Positions 41,326-53,175 of a stretch of 64,000 nucleotides of DNA are shown here, in pieces. The stretch is from Eledone cirrhosa (lineage: Eukaryota), in contig OZ024741.1 of NCBI GenBank assembly GCA_964016885.1, forward strand, positions 190,030,001 through 190,094,000, read 5' to 3'. A program made the position numbers and the translations under genes. Below the pieces are notes generated by a model, which searched no databases, had not been told where the DNA came from, and was given only the letters and a program-made list of their open reading frames with translations. How positions within the stretch are numbered: the first letter of the stretch is position 1; each line of letters begins with the position of its first letter.

Positions 41326-43600
41326 TGTTCTACAACGCGAGGTGTTCAGGATTGCTAGGCATTGTGTCAAGGAAAACAGTGATATTGTCGGGGAGAAGTG
41401 TGTCCTTAATGATGATGGTGTACTTGCCATCACTGATGCTGATAAGAAGGTAGCTTGGAAGTGTCACTATGAAAGGCTACTAAATGAGGAGAATAATTGG
41501 GAGAAAGACAGTTTCCCCCACATCGACCCAATAGAGGGACCAGCAGTGCAAGTTGAAGGTAGTATAATAAGTAAGGCGATCAAAGATATGAAGACGGGCA
41601 AGGCGGCCGGGCCTTCGGAAATAGTTGCTGAAATGCTGAAAGCATCTGGAACAGTGGGACACACTATGGTCACTCAGATAGTAAACCAAGTCATACAGAA
41701 GGGGGTCGTTCCAAAGAACTGGCGCAGCAGCATCATCATTAACTGCTACAAGGGTAAAGGTGATGCCCTAGATAGGGGAAACTATAGAGGCATTAAATTA
41801 ATTGACCAGGTCATGAAGGTCACAGAAAAAGTAATAGCGCAACTAATCAAAGAGCGAATTGATCTAGACGAAATGCAGTTCGGGTTTGTATCAGGTAAAA
41901 GTACAACAGACGCTCTCTTCATTGTACGACAACTACAGGAGAAGTACCTAGCTAAAAGTAAACCCCTATACTTAGCATTTGTTGACTTGGAGAAAGCCTT
42001 TGACAGAGTACCCCACTCGATTATCTGGTAGGCCCTTAGAAAACTAGATGTTGATGAATGGCTTGTGAGAGCTATAGAAGCCATGTATAAAGAAACAGTC
42101 AGCAAGGTTAGAATTAACAACGAATATAGTGAAGAGTTTAGCGTAAAAGTTGGCATTCATCAGGGCTCCGTTCTTAGTCCCCTACTATTTATTATTGCCC
42201 TTCAGGCTATAACAGTGGAGTTCAAGACCGGCTGCCCATGGGAACTCCTATATGCAGATGATCAAACGCTCATAGCTGAATCATTGGCTGAACTAGAGAA
42301 TAAATTCCAAACATGGAAGCATGGCCTAGAATCAAAAGGCCTTAAAGTTAACTTGTCTAAGACTAAAGTTCTAGTTTGTAGGAAGGAAAATAGGGCACCG
42401 GTCCCATCTGGGAAATGGCCATGCTCAGTGTGTAGGAAAGGAGTAGGCAGAAACTCCATTTTATGTCCCAAATGCAACGTATGGGTGCATAAAAGATGTA
42501 GTGGGATCACAGGTAAGCTAACTAAGAATATAGATTTTATATGTGGCCGGTGCTCTGGTGCAATAAGTAGCAGCAAGTGCCCCAAAATAGGAGCTCATTC
42601 CATTGCACAGATGGTTCTATAGAAATAGTGAACAGCTTCCGTTACCTGGGTGACAAAATCAGCAGTGAGGGAGGGTGCTCTGAAAGTACAGTAGCCAGAG
42701 TCAGAATGGGATGGAAAAAGTTCAGAGAGCTTATACCACTATTGGCCGCTAAAGGGTTCTCTCTAAAAATGAAAGGCAGGCTGTATGATGCCTGCATACG
42801 AACATCAATGTTACATGGCAGTGAGACCTGGGCATTGTGTGCCGAGGATATGTGCAGAGGATATGGGCAGACTGGAGAGAAACGAAGCTTGCATGCTCCG
42901 CTGGATGTGTAATAGTAATATACGTAAACGGCAAAGCATAAACGAACTAAGGGAGAAATTAGGAATAAGAGGGGTCAGATGTTTACTCGAGAGAAGACTA
43001 CGTTGGTACGGTCACGTGATGCGCATGAAAGACGACAGCTGTATAAAAAAGTGCAGGGGGATAAAAATAGATGGTAGCCACGGAGTAGGCAGACCCAGAA
43101 AAACCTAGGACGATTTGATAAATTCCGACCTCACACACTTCCACCTCTCCAAGACAATGTCACTGGACCGAGATCTTTGGCGCTACACAGTTATACAGAA
43201 GACCCGCCTAGCCTAAGTACAAAGCGAAACCTAGTCAGTAGGCACCTCTAACAAAATACACCCCCGTCCCACTACCCCCACCCCATCCACACCACCCCCT
43301 TAAATGTGAAGTTATGTTGGTACCACAACATCCAGTCCGAAACAAATGAGATCGTGTAGGTGTCACGACAAAAAAACACAAAGTCCACGCTGTAATGTGG
43401 CCGTGTAGGTAACACGGTAAAAACCTCCCAGTCCACACTGTAAACGTGGTTGGTGTTAGGAAGGGCATCCAGCCGTAGAAAACCCGCCAGACCGTCCTGA
43501 GCAAGACAACCAATCTTGCCTCAAGTGGGACAATTCCCGTCCAGACCCATGCTAGCGTGGAAGATAGACGTTAAACGATGATGATGATGATGATGATGAT
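41326..43600 (+). mobile_element. 5'-truncated RTE-clade LINE with RT and internal Cys/His finger
   Basis: RT motifs NYRGIKL, QFGF, FVDLEKAFDRV, HQGSVLSPLLF, LYADD; C-terminal RRLRWYGHV and GRPRKT; (GAT)n tail. Contains stops and frameshifts. Confidence 0.93.
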
Positions 43601-44250
43601 ATGGAATGATATGTCACAAACTACACGGACTCAGAGTAACTGGAAAAGTAGGTGAGTGGCTGCACGACTTCTTAAAGGACAGAAGCCAGACAGTCGCAGC
43701 AAACGGGGCACTCTCAAAGGAAACATCAATAACAAGTGGGGTGGCCCAAGGCACAGTCATGGGACCACTACTGTTTTTGGTGGCTCTTTCAGACATGCCC
43801 TCTGTAGTACATACAACATCCCTCACTAGCTATGCTGATGACACTAAGGTAGCACAGGTAATCAAAAACCTGCCTGACGCTGCCCTTTTACAATAAGATC
43901 TGGATGCCATATACAAATGAGCAATTTAATGCTGGCAAATTCCAAGCCCTACAATACAAACCAGCAAACACGAATACAGTACAACACAATTACGCCGGAC
44001 CAGGAGGGACCGATATCCCCGTGTCGAAATCGATACGAGACCTGGGTATAGACATGAGCGATGATGCATCTTTTTCTTCACACATGAAAGTGGCGTCAAT
44101 GTGCAGACGACTCGCTGGCTGGATCTTGAGGACTTTCCAGACAAGAGACCGCGACACCATGTTGACACTATGGAGGACATCTGTCCTCAGCCAACTGGAC
44201 TATTGCTCCCAGTTGTGGTCACCCCATAGTGTCAAACTAACCCCGTTCCA
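43601..44250 (+). mobile_element. Degenerate CR1-type RT fragment
   Basis: SGVAQGTVMGPLLF, SYADDTK, RDLGI, LDYCSQLWSP with stops and frameshifts. Confidence 0.85.
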
Positions 44251-44314
44251 AAATATCTTATCCCGTGCAACGCTAGTATATAATATATATATATATATAA
44301 TATATATATTATAT

Positions 44315-44654
44315 GGAGGCACATGGCTTAGTGGTTAGAGCATTGGCCTTGCAATCGAAAGGTTGCGAGTTCGATTCTCAGACCGGGTGATGTGTTGTTT
44401 CCTTGAGCAAGACACTTTATTTCACATTGCTCCAGTTTACTCAGCTGTAAAAATGAGATGATAGGGACTGGGATCCCTATCATTCCACTGCAAAGTGGTC
44501 GTGGAGGTGCCGCAGCAAAAATCACCCAGCACTCACTGTAAATGAGGTTGGTGTTAGGAAGGGCATCCAGCTGTAAAAATCAAGCCAGAATCAGTTCCCA
44601 TCCCACCCTTGCAAGCAGGGTAAAAGCGGACGTAAAATGAGATGATGAAATGAT
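44315..44654 (+). mobile_element. tRNA-derived SINE family B with an RTE-like 3' end (other copies at ~25272-25580 + and ~1100-1225 -)
   Basis: A box TGGCTTAGTGG, B box GTTCGATTC, CORE-like CCTTGAGCAAGACACTT. The 3' part GGTTGGTGTTAGGAAGGGCATCCAGC...GACGTAAA(ATG)n is shared with the RTE LINEs here. Confidence 0.88.
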
Positions 44655-44951
44655 ATTATAAAATATATATATATATAATAAAATATATATATATAATAAA
44701 ATATATATATATAATAAAATATATATATATAATATAATATATATATATATATAATATAATATATATAATATATAATATATAATATATATATAATATATAT
44801 ATAATATAATATATATAATATAATATAATATAATATATAATATAATATATATAATATAATATAATATATATATATAATATATATAATATAATATAAATAT
44901 ATATAAATATATATAATATAATATAAATATATATAAATATATATAAATATA

Positions 44952-47390
44952 TCTGATCATGCTATGATCATTGCCAATCTGGCACTTGAGGGCAGCAACA
45001 AAAACCAGGGCCATCTCCAATCTGCTTGCTTTGATTGGAAGAGGGCGGATTGGAACTTGTACTGCACTGAGCTACAGCGCCCAAACTGGCATGAGATGTA
45101 TAACTCTGGAGATGTGAACTCTATACTCCAGAGCATCCTGGACTCAATATGGATAGCGTGTGCAGCATCAGTGCCACGGAAGCGGAAAAATAACCACCCC
45201 AAAAGTGCAATCTGGGAAACTTCAGCGGTCCGACTTGCCAGGAAAGAACGTCGGAACGCTGAACGGGAATATAAACTGCATAGAACAGATGCCAACAGAA
45301 AAAAGCGGAATAAATCTTCTAACCATCTCAAGCAAGTGACAAAGAAGGCAGTGCTTGAATTTGAACAGTGCATCGCAACCAATCCTGACAGTAAGGTGTT
45401 CGGGAAATATGTTCATTCAAAGCAGAGACCTCACTCTCCAGTTGGTCCTCTTCGCAATCCCCACACAAGCCAGATCACTGACGATCCCAAGGAATGCGCA
45501 GAAATCATTGCTGAGTGCTATGCAAGTATTTTTACTGTTGAAAACCAGAATGTACCATCTCCACCATCTCTAACATCAAATTCCATAACAACTATGGAAT
45601 TTACACCTGCAATGTTGCGACGTCACCTTAAGAATAAGCGCAACTATGCCTCCCCTGGTCTTGATGGTGTGACATACCTGCTTCTCAAACGTGGCAGGGA
45701 TTTCCTTTTGCGCCAGCTTTCTTTTTTCTTTCAATACTGTCTCAGCAATGGTGCTACTCCGGAGCAGTGGAAAACTGCCAGTGTCATTCCCCTGTTCAAA
45801 AAGGGCAACCGCATGTCACCTGTCAACTACCGTCCAGTCAGTCTTACAAGCTGTATGGCCAAAATGATGGAATCCTGTGTCAGAGAAACACTTTGGAACT
45901 TCTGGAGCTCTCACAGCCTCATCCGGCCCTCACAGTTTGGATTTATCCCTAACTCCAGCTGCTGTGATCAGCTTATCGAGTTTCTTGAGGACATCACCCG
46001 GATCACTGACAGCGGCTCATGGGTGGATGTTGTTTACCTTGACTTTGCTAAGGCTTTTAATTCTGTGCCACACAAAAGACTTATGGCAAAACTCTCTGCA
46101 ATGGGTGTGAGGGATGATCTTTTCGACTGGCTGAAATCCTTCATTCTCAGCCGAAAGGAAGTAGTCACGGTTCTAGGACAGCATTCTTCACCATATGAGA
46201 TGTCATCTGGTGTACCACAGGGATCTGTTCTTGGTCCTCTTTTGTTTGTGGCATATATTAATGACATAGATGCCAACTTACAGAATGCCACGGTACTAAA
46301 ATATGCAGATGACATCAAGCTGTACCTTGAAATCAAAAGGACTGATCCTGATATTTACAACTCTTTCCTACAATCAGACCTGGACACAATGCAGCAATGG
46401 ATCACAGACTGGCAACTGAAGCTGGCTGTGGACAAGTGTACCACCATGCATTTTGGAAGGAAAAATCCAGCGTCCACATACTCCCTCCACAACACTGACA
46501 TCAAAAAGTCCTCTTGTGAACGTGACCTGGGCATTACTGTCAGCAACGATTTGCGTTGGACAAAGCATGTCTCTAAGATTGTCAAGAAGGCCGAGGGTGT
46601 CTTGGCATCACTCAGCAAGACCTTTGTTAGCCGCTCTCCAGCCATCTATTTAAAACTGTATACAGCTATGGTGCGACCACACTTGGAATTCGCATCATCA
46701 GTCTGGAACCCCTATCTTGCTCGGAACATTGACCTCCTGGAAACTGTTCAGAGACGTGCAACCAAGCGCATACCCTCCATCAGACACCTACCATACTCTG
46801 AACGCCTTGCTTCCCTGGGCATGGATTCATTGAAGCTCCGACGTCTGGCAATGGACTTGGTGAATACCCACAAAGTTTTTAACCATCTCGCCAACTGCAA
46901 CCCTGAGCGCCTCTTTGATCTCCATGTGTCTAACACACGTGGACATGCCTACAAGATAAGAAAACAGCACCGCTCCCATGACTTTCGCAGACATTTTTTC
47001 ACGCTCAGAGTTGCTGAAGCATGGAACAAACTGCCTGCGTCAATTGTTAGCTGCCGAGACACTTCATCCTTTAAGACACTCATGCTTCCCAAAATACGCC
47101 AAAACTACACCTGATGTACCCCTTCCATACACATGCACACATGTGTGTATCATGACTCGTGCACTGTTCATTTTACTGATGTTTGTGCATTACCCTATGT
47201 ACTGTACATGCACTTTTTTGATGAGTTGTGGTGCACCTGGGCACAATATTTCGTTATTGTTATTATATCATGACTCATACACTGTTTATTTTCCTGACAT
47301 TTGTACATTATTCTATGTACTATACATGCACCTTTGATGAGTTGTAGTGCACCCGAGCACTGTACACAATAATTTCATTATTATTATTAT
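44952..47390 (+). mobile_element. 5'-truncated CR1-type LINE with an uninterrupted 716-aa RT ORF (44964-47114)
   Basis: NYRPVSLTS, QFGF, VYLDFAKAF, SGVPQGSVLGPLLF, YADD, RPHLEFASSVWNP, TRGH, WNKLP. 3' UTR has a duplicated ~120-bp unit and an (ATT)n tail. No endonuclease domain present. Confidence 0.95.
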
Positions 47391-48950
47391 AATATATATA
47401 TATATATAATATATAATATATCATCATCATCATCATCATTTAACGTCCGCTTTTCCCTGCTGACCTGTTAACAGACTCCTAACTCCTTTTTTGAATGTGT
47501 GTGTATACATATAGATATATATATGTATGTGTGTTTATATATATATCTGTCGATGCGACCAGATTTCAATACAGCAACAACATATATATATATATAAGGG
47601 TTAAAATACTGGAGCGTGTTGGAGTTAAACACCCTCTTCGTATTATAGAAATGACAGTAAAAGGTATAGCTCAATGTAGTTAAACAGAGCCGAAGAATTA
47701 TGAAAGTAAAACAAAGAAGCCTTCAATACATAAACTTTAATTACTTAAACTATAGCTAATATTATACTGCCTTATTGGATATTTTAAATATTGTTAATAT
47801 TAATTTATCAAATAGGGTTTTCGAGTCATTTACCGGGGTTATTTCCTAAGTTTTTACTTAACTGCATGTGAGACCTAAATGTATACTTTTGTTTTTGTTT
47901 TTTAATTTCCGGTTGATCCTATTTATTTATTTTACATTTTTTATATTTTATATTTTGTTTGCAATACTACTGTGCATTATATTTACTGTCTGGCCCTTAC
48001 TCACTCATCCACATACATGTCCGTTTACCAACCTTGTAATTATAAGTAATTATATATTATATTATGTTAATTATTTTATATTATGTTATGTTAATTATTT
48101 TATATTATATTATATTGTATTTGTTATTGTAATATTGATCCTTATTACTTACCGTTAATTATATGTAACATTATGATATGTTAAACTTTATATATCATGT
48201 AAGATGTTTATATTTTTGTACCATCATAATTTTTGGGTATTGTACAATTTATTTTTCCTCACCTACTCTGTAACTCTATATGAATTGATTTGTTAACTTG
48301 CATGCCATTATATATTGTATATTATAAATGTTAGTATATTATTATTATAGTATTATTGTGACATCTATATTGTTTGTGTAAATTAACCGGAGATTATCTA
48401 TTCTATTATATTATATTATATAGTATATAATTGTATAGTTTATTATATATTATATGTGCTACTTATAATAATATCATATTATTACCTCATGTATATTGGG
48501 TATATGTATTATTATTACTATTATTATTTTTATTCCTATCATGCTTATTTATATTTAAACTCTTAATAAGGTTTAATTTGTGCAGTTGAAGATGGATATG
48601 TGTATTGATGTATGTGTATGTGTGCGTACGTGTGCGTACATATATACATATGTATATTGTACCTTTTGATTTTTATTGTAATTTTAATATTGGTAAAGGT
48701 ATATTATATTATATTACATTGTATTATATATAATTCCTGCTCTATATAACCTCCTTTGTTTAGCTCTAGGGTTTTTTTGCTTTGGACTATATTTGTAATA
48801 TGGTTCTAAATGTTATACACCTCCTTAGTAATTTTTATTATATATTTTTATTATATATTTTTACCCATAATCTTGCAATACTTTAGTGTATGTACACTCC
48901 ATATTCTTCGGAGTTTCCGGCTTGTATTGGCCGATAATACTTCTTGTTGT

Positions 48951-49002
48951 TTTAATTGCCCTGATGAGTCCTGAATAGGACGAAACATTGTTGGCTAATA
49001 AA
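48951..49002 (+). ncRNA. Minimal type I hammerhead ribozyme motif
   Basis: GCC-CTGATGA-GTCCT(GAAT)AGGAC-GAAA-C(ATT)G-TT-GGC: intact CUGAUGA and GAAA cores, 5-bp stem II, short stem III, stem I GCC/GGC. Confidence 0.85.
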
Positions 49003-49158
49003 GACTTTTGATGTATTGAAGGCTTTGTTTTACTTTCATAATATATATATATATATATATATATGTCTCAGTCGATACGACCAGATTTTAACACAGCAAC
49101 AACAGCGACAGTAACAACATCAACAACATTGCCTGTGTTGAATGTATGTGTATGTTTG

Positions 49159-49191
<33 letters not shown>

Positions 49192-49565
49192 ATGTATATG
49201 TATGTGTATATATCACACATGAAGCGAACAAATTTCAAAATTTCAACCCACCAAATTTCAACACCAACAACAGCACCATTGTCTGCAGCAGTAGTGAAAT
49301 GAACAACAACAACAACAGCAGCAGCAATAGCAACAACAACAACAACAACTGCCACCATCAATCAGGCCTTAAAAACAACTATAATACTAAATAACTATTC
49401 TGTTCTTGGCACTGGGGCAGCGATTGTCCCAGCGAATTGCTGGTGCCTTGTTTTGGGGCCCGGAGAGTGGAGAGCCATTGCTCTTTGCTGTAAAGCAAAG
49501 AATTATTATTATTATATAAAAACTGAACTGGAAAATTCAACAGCTGACATGATTTTGTATCAGTA

Positions 49566-49603
<38 letters not shown>

Positions 49604-50243
49604 TGGGGTGGGTGGGTGTGTGTGTGCATGAGTGTTGGTGTGTGAGTGGCGTGCGTGTTTGTATGCATGTGTTGGTGTGTGTGTGTCAACTGTTTTTTTT
49701 TTATGTTTTTTTTTTTTTTATTACCATTCTGTAAAATGGAGGGGTAGAGAGGGCCTATGAGTCCAGTAAGACATTCTCTAGTGCTGGTTGCACAAATAAA
49801 AGCACCCAGTTCATGCTGTTAAGTGGCGCTGATGTTAGGAAAGGCATCCAACCAGTGTATCAAAGCCAGAACGATTATAAGCACACCAACAATTATGTAT
49901 ATATTCTATTCTAGGGTGGGTAAAATTCCCAAGATCCATGGACGAGTTCTCTCCAGAAGTCTGTCACGCATTATCGCTGCCATTTGTTGTTGCTGCTACT
50001 GTTGTTCATTTCACTACTGCTGAAAACAATGGTGCTGTTGCTGGGTTGAAATTTTGAAATATGTTCGCTTCGCGTGTGACACACACACACACACACACAC
50101 ACCACAAGCAATGGTGTTTTTGCTGTTGTCGCTGTTGTTGTACTTGTAGTTGTTGCTGTGTTGAAATCTGGTCGCATCGACATATATATATCATTTCATT
50201 TTACGTCCACTTGTCCCTGCTTGCAAGGGTGGGACGGGAACTG

Positions 50244-50278
<35 letters not shown>

Positions 50279-50280
<2 letters not shown>

Positions 50281-52460
50281 GGTTAAAACACATAAACAAG
50301 GACCCGATTTGAAAATCAGGCCCATTGTCTCTAGCGTGGAGGGCCCACTCTACAAAATATCGTGGCTGCTCTCCGCACTACTGAAACCCATTCTACACAC
50401 ACTACCGGCCCACGTCTGCAGCTCAAAGGAGGCCTTGGAGCGACTACACCATCTGGCGCCCAACACCAGAAAGGACAACGGTTATGCCTTCAGTCTTGAT
50501 GTGGTCGCCCTTTATACCTCCGTACCAGCATCCCCAGCTGTCGACCTGTTGACCGAACGAGTCCGAGCATCTAACTTACACTGCTTCGGACTCGCACACA
50601 CGGACATCCACCAACTCCTCTCCTTCGTTGTGGATAATGCACTCTTCAATTTCCTCGGCCACACGTACAAACAAATCTCTGGGCTACCTATGGGCTCTAG
50701 TCTGTCCGGCATACTTGCGATCTCGTACATGGACCACCTGGAACGCAAGGCACTCAATACCTGCCAACCCAACGCCGTCGCCTTCTACTCCAGATACGTT
50801 GATGACATCCTGATACTTCTTCCCGGGAGATGGCGAATGAAATTCACCAAATCTTCAACGATACTGACCATCACGTCGATTTCACCATCGAACACCCAGG
50901 AGAAGACGGGTCACTCGCCCTCCTCGACTTCCGTATCAACATCTCGGAAGAAGGAGACATAAACACCACCTTCTACCGCAAAGCAGCGTGCAATGACTTA
51001 TTTGTGCATTACAACTCAGCCCTCCCCAACAACGCTAAGAGAGGCTATGTCCTAAATGAACTGACACGGATCACTAATAGATGCAGCGACCCGATGGGTG
51101 GTCTCACCCATACCACGCAATTCCGTAATCTACTCAGATCTAATGGTTATCCCAAGCGACTGATTAACGGAATTAGAGACCCCAGACCCAATAGACAGAC
51201 ACCCACTAGAAACTTAAAAGCAGGTGCTTCTTTAAAATCCCCCACCTGAGTGAATATACCACGAACGCCATCCGCAGGGCCATACGGACGGAGGGACTTG
51301 ACATACATTTGGCCCACACAGGACCTTCGCTGCGAAGATGCCTCTCCAACAAACCCGACGAGTCAGATGGGACGTGTTCCCTCAGCAACTGCCCGATACG
51401 GGGAGCAGATTGCCTACGCACCTATGTCGTATATAAGATTCAATGCGATAAATGTAACAAGTTTTACATAGGTAGCACCATCCGACCCCTACATGTTCGT
51501 ATCAAGGAACATATCAACACCAACGCATCTTCCTTCCGTAAACACATCCTTAAATGCGGAAACCCACAGGGTAGACCCTTGGTCACAGTGCTAGCGACTG
51601 AACGCAGCATCGGATCCTTAAGGATAAAGGAAGCACTTGTTATTAAGAACCTCAGACCCCCACTTAACAACCGGGCTGAGAGAAATGAGCTGACATGGCT
51701 AACTTAACCATAGTGACCATTCACAGCTTATGGCCTGCTATCTTCACACACACGCACGTATATGCATACCCATACGCATACACACACACATGTTTTTACA
51801 ACCTACCACCTTTCACACCCTTTGATTTCCAGCTTCTACAGCCCACTATCTTTCACACACACACACACTCACACATACACACAGTTACACACACATGTAT
51901 ACCCATACGCTTACACACACACACATCTATATTTATACACGCACACATGTTTTACAACCTACCACCTTTCACACCCTTTGATTTCCAGCTTCTACAGCCC
52001 ACTATCTTTCACACACACATATACACACTTACACTTATACACACAGTTACACACACACATATTTACACACACATATTTTACGGCTTTCACACGCTAGCGC
52101 ACCCTCTTGATTTAACCCATTTGGTCAGTAGCTTTTGCCACAGCCTATCACGCGCACTCTTTCCCTCGTTTAAATTTTAAATAATTTTCTCCCCATAACG
52201 GCATTCCTGTCTTAACGACATCACAACTTTCTCCGCTTGGCCTGTTCCCCCCCCTTTTGGAACTTTCCCCCGTTGATGGGCGTGAGCCCGAAATATTGGG
52301 ATTAAATCTCCACTACGGTAACCCTTCTACCTTTGTTTTGTTTTTGTTTTCATCTTTGTCTCTCTCAATTTTCACTTTCTCCTGTTTCTCCTATCTATCA
52401 TTCACTTCCTACCTCGAGATTTCCCTCTGCATTGTTGTGGCTTTCTTAACTACGTATTTT
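50279..52460 (+). mobile_element. Penelope-like retroelement (RT + C-terminal GIY-YIG endonuclease), 5'-truncated and frameshifted
   Basis: KTHK..IRPIVS, SLDVVALYTSVP, GLPMGS, RYVDD, NGYP; then CSLSNC linker and VVYKIQCDKCNKFYIGST.RPL..RIKEH. Frameshifts at ~50825 and ~51210. The 3' boundary is approximate. Confidence 0.93.
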
Positions 52461-52959
52461 ATATATATATATATATATATATACGATATTAAATAAATGG
52501 AAACTATATTTATAAAACCATATTTATTTCATTATATATATTTCAGGGATATCATATTAACAATATGTTATGCCTTCCTCAGACAAAATACAATATAGAC
52601 AGTTTTATAGATAAATAGATTTGACATACCGTTCAACATCGACTTGTATTTGAAAAAGTTGATTTGGCAGATACAAGTCGATGTTGATTTTTCAAATACA
52701 AGTCGATGTAAAACGGTATGTCAAAACACTGAATTTGTTTTTTTTTTACAGTGAAAGTTACGATACACACGCAATTGTATGGATTTCTTAATATATATAT
52801 ATATATATGTGTGGGTGTGTGTATGTGTATATGTGTATGTATATATATATATATATATGTGTGTCTGTATGTATATATATATGTGTTTGTGTCATCATCA
52901 TCGTTTAACGTCTATCTTCCAGGCAAGCATTGGTTTAGACGTAAAGAAAAAATGATCAC

Positions 52960-53175
52960 ACACGCAATACTAATTAACTCCATATCACTATAGAGACCTG
53001 TTGTAAATAAACAAACGCAATACTAATTAACTCCATATCACTATAGAGACCTGTTGTAAATAAACAAATGCAATACTAATTAACACCATATCACTATAGA
53101 GACCTGTTGTAAATAAACAAACGCAATACTAATTAACTCCATATCACTATAGAGACCTGTTGCAAATAAATAAAC
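52960..53175. repeat. ~56-bp tandem repeat, about 4 copies
   Basis: CGCAATACTAATTAACTCCATATCACTATAGAGACCTGTTGTAAATAAACAAA. Confidence 0.9.

Noticed and set aside
44315-44390. tRNA-like sequence with A and B boxes
   Set aside because: It continues into a SINE body and LINE-like tail, occurs in multiple diverged copies, and has no clean acceptor stem.
51240-51255. TGA ending the middle PLE ORF as a possible selenocysteine codon, as in Naiad PLEs
   Set aside because: The conserved protein continues in another frame (FFKIPHLSEY...), so this is a frameshift rather than a recoded stop.
52975-53000. TCACTATAG-AGACC resembling a T7 promoter or vector sequence
   Set aside because: Only a partial match, within a genomic tandem repeat unit.
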